Assembly (NCBI GenBank): GCA_044892525.1
Contig: CM097885.1
Span: 53,136,001-53,200,000, forward strand
From: Schmidtea polychroa
Lineage: Eukaryota
Direction: 5' to 3'
Length of the DNA: 64,000 nt
Shown here: one piece after another, positions 14,000-25,000 of the stretch
Position numbering within the stretch: the first letter of the stretch is position 1
How the letters are laid out: the number at the start of each line of letters is the position of its first letter
Translations under genes and position numbers: made by a program
The notes under the pieces: model-generated
Told to the model about the DNA's origin: nothing
The model's database searches: none
The model's input: only the letters and a program-made list of their open reading frames with translations

Positions 14000-15212
14000 T
14001 TACTCTCACATGCCGGAAAAGACACAATTACTAAGATCAGTCAACACAGGTACACGAAATCGAAATTATCTATGAATCCGAAAATTAATGTGGCTGAAAG
14101 AAGATCGTGGCTGGACGAGACACACTACAACGATGGATAGTCGGGACCCGTCGAGGAGAATTACATTTTATCGGTTCAAAAGGAAGCGGCCTTGGCTTCG
14201 TTCAGCAGATCATCCAGGTCGAAATCCATATCGACCGTCGCTTCCCAGGGTAGATCCACTGGGGGAATTATACGCGCTACAGGTGCTGGGGCGGCAGACG
14301 TTGCAAGCTTGGCCTCGTCTTCGGCCCGGTGAAGCTTCTTCCGGCTGGTACGTTCTGCTCGCGAGAGTTGGTGACGTTTTGGACGTGTTGTATCTGACGA
14401 TGAGGCCTCTTGATTTATTGGTTGGGCGATGGTTGGAGGACTCTTCACGGATCCATTGACCATGGCCATTGGTGTAGGATTTGCACTGTGGTCGGTATAC
14501 ATCCTGTGCATGCATGTCCTCGATGGACAGGAGAATCAGCTACGAGATGATGGGATGCGTAAACATTCATGGAATCCATGATTGGTAATTCTCGGATTCA
14601 AGCTTTCAATTCCGTGCTCGTATATATCTGGTGGAGTCGGTAATTTCAGCGGATTAGGGAATTCATATGTTTAGTTGTATTTGCTTAATTACTATTTTCA
14701 GGTACTTTGAATAATTGATTTTAGGTTGATTTTCTAAATTATTGTTATAACCACAATACATCATATTTTCGTTTATTGTTTAACAAATAAAAATTTCGTT
14801 TATGCCTATAACTATAGCTTGAGGTTGATTTGACGCAAATCCTTAAATGAATTTTAAAAAGATGAAATGTCTGTGGAGGCTACTTTTAATATAGCTTTAT
14901 TGCTGTTAGTCTGACCAATTAGGATCAAGCTGGGATGTATATTTTGATTTTGAAAATCTTTTATTTTATGTCTAAATTCCAATCGTTCTGAATGATTGTT
15001 TTAATTTTCTTGTTTTAATTTAATGTTTTAATTATTTCCTTTTTCTATTGATCTTGCTTGGTCGATCCATCACTTTTTATACACCAATTTTCGCCTTAAC
15101 TCGCGGGTGTTTTCCTGTATCTTGTGTCTTTTTTCGCGATGATTTTTCGTTGTTTTTATTGCCCTTATTCTATGTTACATGTGCAACTTCTTGCATTTTC
15201 TGATTTTATTAC
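14000..15212 (-). mobile_element. Older related LTR (antisense), left part; split by the giant element
   Basis: Carries a decayed LTR-ORF homolog; its 5' terminus TGTTGGGCCA lies on the minus strand at 45931-45940. Left boundary is approximate. Confidence 0.65.
14176..14637 (-). pseudogene. Decayed homolog of the LTR-encoded ORF
   Basis: LHQIYTSTELKA*IRELPIMDSMNVY..HH matches LHKVYSESELAKRVREYPIQDGTNVF..HH. After a frameshift, RPKRHQLSRAE and DLDDLLNEAKAASF match RKRKRLTRSE and DIDEMLAEGEAFS. Confidence 0.75.
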
Positions 15213-15708
15213 TGTTGGGCTAAAACGTGGAGTTTCGAAAACTGGAGCGAATAGAAAAGTAATCCTTGAAAAATAAATGAAATAAGATAAAAATATAAAG
15301 TACCATAGAAATCTCACTAGTAAATAGGAAGGAACAATAAAATAACAATAAAAGAATAAGAATAAGTAAACAAACTAAATAAAATCCAATAAACCCCTTG
15401 AGATTTAGAAATAAAGCGATTTAGGACCCAGCAGATGAAATAGAATAAAATAAGTAAAAAAGTGACAACAAATAAAAGAGAAATTTAAGAAATAAATAAA
15501 AAATAAAACTATCTTTAAGTCTAATTAAAACAAGAAATTATATTACCATAAAGTAGCAATAAATCCACAGGAAAAATAGGAGAAAAATAGTAAAAACAAG
15601 AAAATAAATAAAATAATAATAAGAGATAAGTCAGGTCATTAAAAATTTAAAATACGATGATAAAAACATAAAAATAATAATAAATAGTAAAAATACAAGC
15701 AGGTAGCG

Positions 15709-15736
15709 TCCTGATTGGACGAAAAATACTATATAT
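15709..15736 (+). promoter_or_regulatory. Candidate LTR promoter (inverted CCAAT box CTGATTGG followed by TATATAT)
   Basis: CCTGATTGGACGAAAAATACTATATATG; the old antisense LTR shows a similar CCTAATTGG...CTATATT arrangement near 14890-14925. Confidence 0.45.
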
Positions 15737-18095
15737 GTAACGTGAAAAATTAGACGACAACCACTTTTAATTTTTCACGATTACAGGTAAAATTTTAGAA
15801 AAACTTAAGAACCACTTTTAATTTTTCACGATTACAGAGCATAGACTTCAGATATTTCACCGAATTCAGGACTAGAATCGCAAACGCTAATTCGAGAGAT
15901 TTTTCAGAATTTACCTTCAATTAATTTGAAACCAGTTTAAACTCGATTTCGTTCCAGTTTTTGAAACTATCGGTAGGCCGATTGATTTATATGTATTAAT
16001 TAATTTATTAATGATGAAAGACAAAACTCATTTCGTAAAATAAATTTATTGAAATACAAATGGCCTTTTCTTCATGGTGCCGGCGACTGTACCATCTGAG
16101 AGCTCCCAGTATGATGTGGATGAGTTGGAAATGTACCACGGCAGAGAACACAACAGTGGGAAGGTTGACCCTCATAAGAAATCCCGAAGATGCTGAAAAT
16201 GAGAATGTGATATTTGCAGAGAAGGATATTTGTCATGTGAGAGATCTACCAAGGTTATGATGAGGCTGCGGTTGTATGGAATGAATAACATCATACTTGG
16301 AGTCCAAATGATAGGGTCGCCGGGTGAGCTTTATTGATCCATTTATTTTTACTGATTCATTTGCTACTATTTGATTCATTCATTCATTTTATTATTCATA
16401 AATTGTATATTAAATGTTGATTTTGTGAAAGACGAGTCAAACGGTCCCTCACGACAATGCAAGAACGGCGGCAGAGATGATTGCCTTCTTGGGTGGGTCA
16501 TGAGGGGTGAGGAGACTCCGCAGGTGGAATACTGTTGGAAGTAGAATTTCTCACATCGAGCGCGATCTGATAGAGGATCTTTCGTTTTCTTTTATGAAGT
16601 CACGCTGAAGTTTCAGAATAAATAATGTAAATTTCCAAAGTCGGAGACAATTTTTCGGATTGAGATCAGTAGTTCGTTGTTGTTAGGAAAATTTGCTTTT
16701 CCGTCGAATATTGATAGATGTCTGAGTAGGGATGGGCGATGAATTGTTAGAGTTTTCACTGGAAGATCCGCTAAGCACTTAAAAACTGAACCCCGAGAGG
16801 TACATTGCAGGGACATTAGCGAGTAAACCCATTCATTGACTAATTTAGACTTTAGCTTGACATTGAATATCTGATAAAGTTTGGTTTGACGTTGACAGCG
16901 GCTCGTCTAAAAGGGGAAAGTAAACAAATTTTTTGATAAGGAAATAAATCACTTGCCGTGAGTCCGAGTGAAGATATCAATAGCGATAGGAGAATCATTA
17001 GTTGCCCATGGCCAGATAAATTTCTGACGGGGAAAATCAGCTGATAATTTGATAAAGTCATCGAACGAGTTGATTGAGAAGGCGGCAGTCGATCGAGTGT
17101 ATTGAGTGGTCTTATCGTGAGTCGACCTAATATCGAAAATCCAGAATATAGAGTAATTTTTATCTACTGAATCCGCAAGTCACCCACACAATCGAATTTC
17201 TTGAGTTTTGGACACACCAACTGAGTACCCGTCTCAACTAGAGCATCTCTCTACAACTCTACCTCTATTAATCGCTCGCCCACATGTACACATGCATCAC
17301 ACTCAGATTAGGTCACAGTGCACATGTGGATATCATCATTACCTAATCATAGGGAGAGAGTCGTAAACTTGTATCTGCTAGTAGACCACTGGATTTCGTC
17401 AGAGAACATGGCGATGCGACGAGAAATTTTTTTTTTGTCAGTGTGCAAGTCGCTAGTTAAATGCACCAACATGCATCGTAACGAACCCGTCGATAGGTGA
17501 GGGTATAGATAGACAATCAAATGAACACATAACTGCGCCCGATTTAAGCGTCACTATGACGATGGTTATGACGTTAAATTTGAAATAACTAATTTGTAAT
17601 CCATGATAGAAATTTTAAGCGAGGGTATTATGATTTTCTTACAAACCCGAGGGGTCTACATACAAGACGGGGTGTCCCGGTAATTGCCGGTTTTCCGTTC
17701 ATCATATAGCACGCGTGGAATCTAACGACGTAGCAGCAAAATGAGTAAAATATAATTGTTAAAATGTAATAACGATAATTAAGATAATAGCGTTCATAGT
17801 AACGAAGTAACAGTCATGCAGTAGTTAAAGATAGTCAAACCCAAAAAGTATACCTAAAAGCTAGCATAATGAATTGTTTTCATGAATCCCGTTTTCTTCT
17901 CATAAAGTAGTAATGATTACATGGGTTAGTTTGGATGTTTGAGATTGTATGAAGGTGGGTAATTGCCGACGGGGTAGATTGGTAGGCCACCCTTGGATAA
18001 CTTGGTCGGGGAAATCTTACATTTCGTTTTCCGAAAATATGAATAATACCCCAGTAAATTTTTAATTTAAAAATAACAATTCCTTAACGATTTAG

Positions 18096-18860
18096 ATGAA
18101 TACCTCAACCAGTTCCGGGAAAACCCTCAGACCTTGCTTTTCCTGTGCTGATAAAAATGCCGATATCGCACAGCTCCACTTGTACATCGGGGAATTGAAG
18201 AAGAGAATTGACCTCTATGAGGGAACGTGGTTCTCCCCACCACAAATGAAGGAGGAGAAGAGCAAGATTCTGCGTTTGGAGCACTGCCGTGACAGTCTCC
18301 TGGAAGAAAGCAGGTGCCAGAGGCTAACCATAAAGGCCCAATCAGAGGCACTGCACAAGGTGTATTCCGAATCAGAACTAGCGAAGCGAGTTCGCGAGTA
18401 CCCGATACAAGATGGGACTAACGTGTTCCCAATACACCACAAATTAGCTGAAACCTCATCAATATCCAGTTGTAAAGGGCATGGCCCACAAATGCCGCCA
18501 ATTCCCGCCCCAGTTCTTTCGGGCGATCGACCTATGGCTGGCGGTTCATCGGACCCTATCTTGGCTCCAGTACTCGTGCCACACCTCCTTCAGTCCCCAG
18601 CAGACGCTGCTCTCCCCCATCGAAAGCGTAAGCGGCTGACGCGTTCTGAAAAAAATCAGAAGCGTAGAAATGCCATGGCCGCGCTCGAAGCATCGTTATC
18701 TGCAGCCAAATCGACTATCAAGGAAATGACAGTTACCCATTCCATTCCTACAAAGGAAGTATTCCGGATGGTTCCGGCCGACAGTATCAAATTCCTCGAA
18801 GACCGCCGGTTGCCCGTTGACATCGACGAGATGCTCGCAGAAGGAGAAGCATTCTCGTAG
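18096..18860 (+). CDS. LTR-encoded protein (254 aa): CxxC plus coiled coil, basic NLS-like RKRKRLTR, acidic C-terminus; function unknown
   Basis: GC-rich intact ORF with ATG directly after TTTAG; homologs at 50170-50829 and 14176-14637 are conserved at protein level. Confidence 0.8.
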   Translation: MNTSTSSGKTLRPCFSCADKNADIAQLHLYIGELKKRIDLYEGTWFSPPQMKEEKSKILRLEHCRDSLLEESRCQRLTIKAQSEALHKVYSESELAKRVREYPIQDGTNVFPIHHKLAETSSISSCKGHGPQMPPIPAPVLSGDRPMAGGSSDPILAPVLVPHLLQSPADAALPHRKRKRLTRSEKNQKRRNAMAALEASLSAAKSTIKEMTVTHSIPTKEVFRMVPADSIKFLEDRRLPVDIDEMLAEGEAFS

Positions 18861-19402
18861 CCAATTCTCTCTCGGGTCTCGATTCCCCTGCTATTACGAA
18901 CGAACTTGAAGGAGCGACGTTATCTCGTGACTAATCTTTAATGTTTTGCATTTGTTTAAACAATGCTGAATGTAATTTGATGTTCCGTTCTAATATAACT
19001 GTTCGATTTTCTTTGATTGTGTAAATTGTATGTATGATTTGCTACGGTTGAATTGCATGAGAGAAGGATCACGAAAATATAGTAGAAACTTAAATGTCGT
19101 ACCTTTTGGACCAGGGTGGGACCGAATGATGCGTAAAGAATGGGTAAGACCTTCTATGGCACCGTAGAACCCGAACCGAGAAAGGGTTAGGAGTAGTCCT
19201 AAGGCAGGGGCTCACCTGCTAACTCTTTCCAACCCGTGTGAGCAGTACCAACGTGGAACATCACCACGGGCTCATATGTGGGAATATGCGAATGATCATT
19301 TGGAGTGCGTGAGGGAATGATCTGAGTAGAATAATGACACCTGATGTGTATGATAATCATGCCTATATATTTTCTTTCCCCCACATACGCCAACATGATT
19401 TT

Positions 19403-19420
19403 TGGGGGCTCAGCCGGGAT
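19403..19420 (+). other. Primer-binding site, tRNA-Pro type
   Basis: TGGGGGCTCAGCCGGGAT matches the canonical tRNA-Pro PBS TGGGGGCTCGTCCGGGAT at 16/18 positions; separated from the 5' LTR by 7 nt. Confidence 0.85.
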
Positions 19421-19872
19421 GAATTCGATTTGTTGATTACCTATTATTGTGTTATGATGTGTTAGATTAACAATTTAATTAATTATGATTAAAAATGGAA
19501 TCGGGACTGAAACGAATCGATATCGTAATACAATAGAATGATGATACGAACTGAAAATAGAGCATGTATGAATAAAGATGAACCTAAATGAGTATGAATG
19601 TATATGATAGAGTATGATGAGAGAAGGAAACGGGAATTAGTTACTTTGTTTAATTTTAATTTATTAAATTAAAAAGGGGAGACAAAAGAAAGTAATGACA
19701 ATAAAATTAAAAGATTAAAGTCAAAAATACGACGGGGATTGTTAAAAAGACTAAATAAAATACGAAAGCTAGAAACAATAACAAATAAAAGAGAAACGAA
19801 TATTAAATACAACGTAATAATATTATTGCTAATACTAGTAAGAACAAATAATAACAACACATTCATTTAGAT

Positions 19873-20352
19873 ATGTCAGACGCTAGACAACATCTACAAC
19901 AGCTAAGCCGGTTCGTCGAAATAGAAAATGATTCAATAAAAACATTAAGGGAAAAACTGAAACAAATAGAACTGCTAGAACAACAAAGCCACAACGCACC
20001 GCTGATATCCAAACAAAACTTTCTAACCGACAGATTAGGATCAACAAATACCGATACCGACTTGTCAATTCATTATCAATGGTTTCAGCAACGTCTCGAC
20101 GACCCAGCGCTGAACATCGAATATGTGAGGATACGCGAACGAGTCAAAACTCTGTCTCAGCGGATACGAACATCAATAGTAGAGAAAGCAGCGGCCTTGA
20201 GAACTTGTAACATTTGCAAGATGCGACCTGTCAAAATTCTGATTCTACCTTGTGGGCACCTTAGCCATTGTGACGAATGCGCCGCCAGTTTAATCCGGTG
20301 TTCTATGTGCACAGGTGTAATAAAAGAGAAGCACACAATCTACTTCAGTTAG
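19873..20352 (+). CDS. IAP/XIAP-type C-terminal RING-finger protein (159 aa), no BIR domain seen
   Basis: CNIC..ILPCGHLSHCDECAA..CSMC..IYFS*, with the RING at the extreme C-terminus and an aromatic tail as in IAP-type RINGs; helical/coiled-coil N-terminus. Confidence 0.85.
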   Translation: MSDARQHLQQLSRFVEIENDSIKTLREKLKQIELLEQQSHNAPLISKQNFLTDRLGSTNTDTDLSIHYQWFQQRLDDPALNIEYVRIRERVKTLSQRIRTSIVEKAAALRTCNICKMRPVKILILPCGHLSHCDECAASLIRCSMCTGVIKEKHTIYFS

Positions 20353-20938
20353 GTACGTGATCGTCGCTCGGTGAGAGAAATTGGATGGTTGAACAATTAA
20401 ACTAAAATATTTTAATTTTTTTTTTTTGATTTGATTCATTAATATTTTAATAATGGTATCATATATCATATGTAGCATGGACTGAATAATCAATAAATCA
20501 TTTTTGTGTGTTTATTTCATTTTGCGAAGCTATAATTTGATCTGTTGTATCATAATTTTCACCATGAAGAAAGGGTATTTTAAAATTTAAATCGAGTACA
20601 TAAAGTGGAGCTAGTCCCAACATAAGATTAAAGGGGGAATAAACCGAGCCACCTTCGGGAGGTACGATAATTGAAAAACCGTTCGGGAGGGGATAACCGA
20701 TCACCCCGAGTAAGAGATGTAAGGCGAGGTACCATCGCGAATATTGAAAAGTTTCTGCGGTATGGCTGATCACCATACCAATGCAGAAATGGATCAATGC
20801 GATCGTTTTGCGTTTTAAGCAAGGGGGGAAAGGGGAAACCTTCCAAAGCGGTACAGATTAAGTCGACAAATAAAAGTAAAAATAGGAAGATGACAGTATA
20901 GAATAAAGACAAAAAGGAACGGAAGCATGCAGAGTTTA

Positions 20939-21373
20939 GAGATATTAAGGCCGAGCTGTTGAAAAGTCCAGCCGGTCAGGAAAAATTAAAACTGAGCTGT
21001 GAAAAGTCCAGCCAGTCGGAGATATTAAGGCCGAGCTGTTGAAAAGTCCAACCGGTCAGGAAAAATTAAAACTGAGCTGTGAAAAGTCCAGCCAGTCGGA
21101 GATATTAAGGCCGAGCTGTTGAAAAGTCCAGCCGGTCAGGAAAAATTAAAACTGAGCTGTGAAAAGTCCAGCCAGTCGGAGATATTAAGGCCGAGCTGTT
21201 GAAAAGTCCAGCCGGTCAGGAAAAATTAAAACTGAGCTGTGAAAAATCCAGCCAGTTCGGAGATGAAGAAGATTGAGCTGTTGAATAGTGCCAGCCAGTC
21301 GTAAGATCGAGTTGTTGAATAGTCCAACCGGTCAGGAGAAGAAGATTGAGCTGTTGAAAAGTGCCAGCCAGTC
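20939..21373 (+). repeat. Tandem array in the 5' leader: four 80-bp dimeric units plus three degenerate monomers
   Basis: GATATTAAGG recurs at 20941, 21021, 21101 and 21181; the core GAGCTGT(T)GAAAAGTCCAGCCRGTC occurs about 11 times. Confidence 0.95.
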
Positions 21374-22040
21374 GTAAAGGCCTAAAGTAATAGTGAGATA
21401 GCATTCAAGCTACAAGTTGATAACATTTAAATTACTAGTGAGATGGAATATTAAAGCTAGCTAGAAGCAAAGTGAGTTTGAAATATGGTATTTGAATTTG
21501 GAAAGGATTAAACGAGCTCGTGAGAAGTAATAATGAAATTTTTTTCAGTGGGAAAGAGAAACGGAAAAGGAAAATGAATTAAAGAGATAATGAAAATAAA
21601 GAATAAGTGATGAGTAAAAGAGGAAGGTGATTAATTAATTAAAAAAGGGATCCCAGACAAGTAGACAAAGTGCTACAGAATTTTTTTGGTTTAAACCGGT
21701 TAAACGAATTTTGTTTTGGTTACAGAGTAGAACCAAATAAGGGGAAACAGAGATGAAAGATTAAGTAAAATAGCGGAACCGCGTAAAAGGATTAAGAAAA
21801 TATGGGGGGTAGTAAGCAGTAACTGACAACGACCTATCGATATTATAAACGCTAACTATAGATAATTTATACGACTATATAGATAATTGTTACCACCCCA
21901 AATAGATAATTTAAAATCGACGAAAAATATGGGTTGATGGGAAATTATATCCCGCGAAGAAGCGTATGAGGGGAAATGAAGAGAAGTATAACAGAGGCCC
22001 TAAAACGGTGTCTGTGCTTGAATGTGGCAAAAAGGAATGA

Positions 22041-25000
22041 TTGATTCGTGTAAGCAAAGGCAACACGATATCATATTTTCATTGTAGACATCCATCCAAC
22101 CAAGTCAATTCAGAACCAGCTCAAGAGGAATCCAGAGAATATACAAACAACCCAGGAAAAGCAATTCAGAACCCGCACAAAGGAAGACAATATCAAAACC
22201 GAACTCGACCAATTCAGCAGACGCTAACCGTAGAAAATCCACGTGAAAAGACAGAAAAGAGTAAAAGGAAAATCACGGATAAACCCAACCTTAGATCTTC
22301 AAGTAAGCCAGGAGACGTATTATTTTCAGGAGACGAATTAGATCAACTCAAAAGAGGACGATCATTTAGGCAGCAGAGAGGAATATCACAAGGAGCAAAA
22401 AGACCCCACAAAACACCGATATACGATCAGGAAAACCCCACAGCCGGACATACGCCCAGCCGATCTAGAAGTAGAGAAAGTCTATCCGATATAACAAACA
22501 ACCTAACCGGGTCAACAGAAGAATTATCCGTCCATAGCTTAGCTACATCGCTGGAAAATTTAAAAGAAATAATAGAGTTTCAAGAACCAATTAAGATGAA
22601 TGTGGTAAAAACTGACGAGTATAAGGAAAAATTTAGAGGCGAACCATTCAACGGGAATGCGAACAAGTTGGCAACGTTCATAACCAACTTTGAAGTCTAT
22701 ATCGATGTGTGTGGATGGACACCCGAAGCAATTAGTAAACGAATGCCTCTGTTTTTGTGCGATAGCGCACTCGAAGTATATCTGGAAGCAAAAGAAAGAA
22801 ATACGAAATTAGACAATTGGGAAAACATCAAAACATTTTTGAGAAAAACATTCGGAGCCAGCAAACCAATAAATCAAGCGTTAGGTGAACTGGCAAGTAG
22901 AAAACAAAGAGCAAACGAGTCAATTACGTTATACGCAAGTGAATTGCGAAGATTGGCAAAGAAGGCCATGAACGGAAACTTGCCGGAGGAAAATTTAATT
23001 GGTTACTTCATAGAAGGACTACGCCGAGAAGAGGTAAGGGCCTCGGTGGGATGTCAAATGTGTAAAACACTAGAAGAAGCCATAGATTGGGCCACAAGAT
23101 GCGAACTACACCTCCCAGCACAAATGAACGTCATGCAAGAGGAGGGAAGAATCGCAACAGCAACGGTGAAAACGGAAAATGGGGATAACAATAATCATGA
23201 ACCCAAGATGAATCAGTTTATACCAGGAGCACATCAAATTTTCAAACCACCACAAGGACGATCAAACGGGAATAACAGTGAACGCAACAACTCGAACAAT
23301 GGGAACAACTTTAATAATCGACGAAATATGAACGATAACAAACAATGCCGAACATGCGGTAAACCAGGACATTGGGATAGAGATTGTTACCGAAACGCAA
23401 ATTGCAATAGGTGTGGACGACGAGGACACACGGAAAATATATGCCAATCAAGAGGATGTTTTAACTGCGGGCAACTAGGTCATATCTCAAGAGACTGTCG
23501 AGAAAGGAGCCAACAGCAACGACCACCACAGCGAAATAATAACTATGCACCAAATCCGCAACGACAAAGTAATCCTAGTGAGGGAAAGCAAATGAATGTG
23601 ATGCAAGAAATTTCACAAATGAAGCAGATGATGCAACAAATGATGAGACCGAGACAAGAGCAAGTACCACAACCAACCCAGAATATACGCATGATGAGAA
23701 GCACCGAGAATCTTAACAATTATGAAGTGCAACAACATGCACAAGAATGGCAAAGACTACAAGCTGAAGAAGAAAGGATAAAAAGAGAGCGAATTCAGCA
23801 GCGACAAGAACAACCACTACGAATAAATATGATGAGGATGGTAAAGGAGATAAAGGAGCAATATTGTTACAATTACGGTAAAAATCCAAGAGTTGTACCT
23901 ATGAGCGAACCAGAGAAACCGAAAGAAACAATTACAGCAGCAAAAAAGGAAAATTCAACAACACCACTAAAAGGAAATCAGAGAATTCAGAAAATATTTT
24001 GGAAAAAGATAAAAGATAAAATCGAAAGAGAAAAGGAGCAAACAAAAACAGAAGCAGAAGCAGAAAATAACGAAAATGAAAAACAGATTAACCATCTAAA
24101 GCATAATATGATACGAGAATTAGACTCAGAGGAGCTAACGATACTCGAGAACAACAAGTTAAAGAAAGTACCAAGAATGAGAAATTTACGAATTAATATG
24201 ATGAGGACAACAAAGAAGGTGTTGTCAACAGATGACGATGAGGATTATGTGAGTAGCCTTGGTGGAGAAATGTTACAGTTAAATGAAAATATCGACCAAC
24301 TAAGAGAAAAGATCGGAGCAGATGAAGATGAAAGAGAAAGCGACGTGACAAGCGAAAGCGAAGACGAGAATATCGAAATGAAATTGAGAAAAGAAAGAGA
24401 AGAAGCGATAAAACAAGTAAAGGAAATACTTCCAGTGGTGGTAAGAAACCAGGAATTCATTGACATCATACCATACCGACGCTTCATACAAAAGATAATG
24501 AAACTAGAAAGAAACGAAAAAGACCTAATACCAAACGAGGAAAAAGTGATAATAAAGAAGTATATGGAAAAAATGAAACAAGCGGAGACAACACGCTATG
24601 TAATAAAAATCGGAACGAGTAAAGGACTCGAGAGAATATGGATAAAAAATGCAGTCACAGACGACCTTTTCGATTGGATAAGAGAACATTTGGGCAGCTC
24701 GAGAAAGAAAGAATATCTGTATCAATATCAAGGAGAACAAATCAAACCAGACATGCACCTAATAGATGCATTGATCTGGCCAGGAGAAACTCAAATATTG
24801 AAATTGTATAAAGAGAAACAACCAGCAAATATTCACGAATGGGCTAAAGACGCCAAGGCCGAGTACGATTTTAGCATCAAGCTGAAGCTGGAACAAATAA
24901 AACAATGCACCTTGCGACGAAATCTAGATAAATTAATCAAACAAATTCAAGAACAAGTCGAAGATAACTGGGATTTACTCATAGCAAGACGAACTCCAGA

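Larger units (their letters stand above)
15213..19395 (+). repeat. 5' LTR (4,183 bp)
   Basis: Direct repeat of 41538-45720 at a constant offset of 26,325; the ORF-track peptides lying wholly within the two copies are identical. Confidence 0.97.

Noticed and set aside
14088..14459. 123-aa plus-strand ORF
   Set aside because: Antisense shadow of the decayed LTR-ORF homolog.
20498..20912. Two overlapping hydrophobic minus-strand ORFs in the leader
   Set aside because: No motif or homolog in the window; a small antisense gene cannot be excluded but is unsupported.
20939..21373. CRISPR-like repeat-spacer array
   Set aside because: The linkers are themselves repeated, the context is eukaryotic and there are no cas genes; it is a tandem repeat.
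22041..22043. TTG as the true polyprotein start
   Set aside because: Eukaryotic context; the first ATG is at 22596 and an acceptor at 22087 suggests splicing, so the real start is unresolved.
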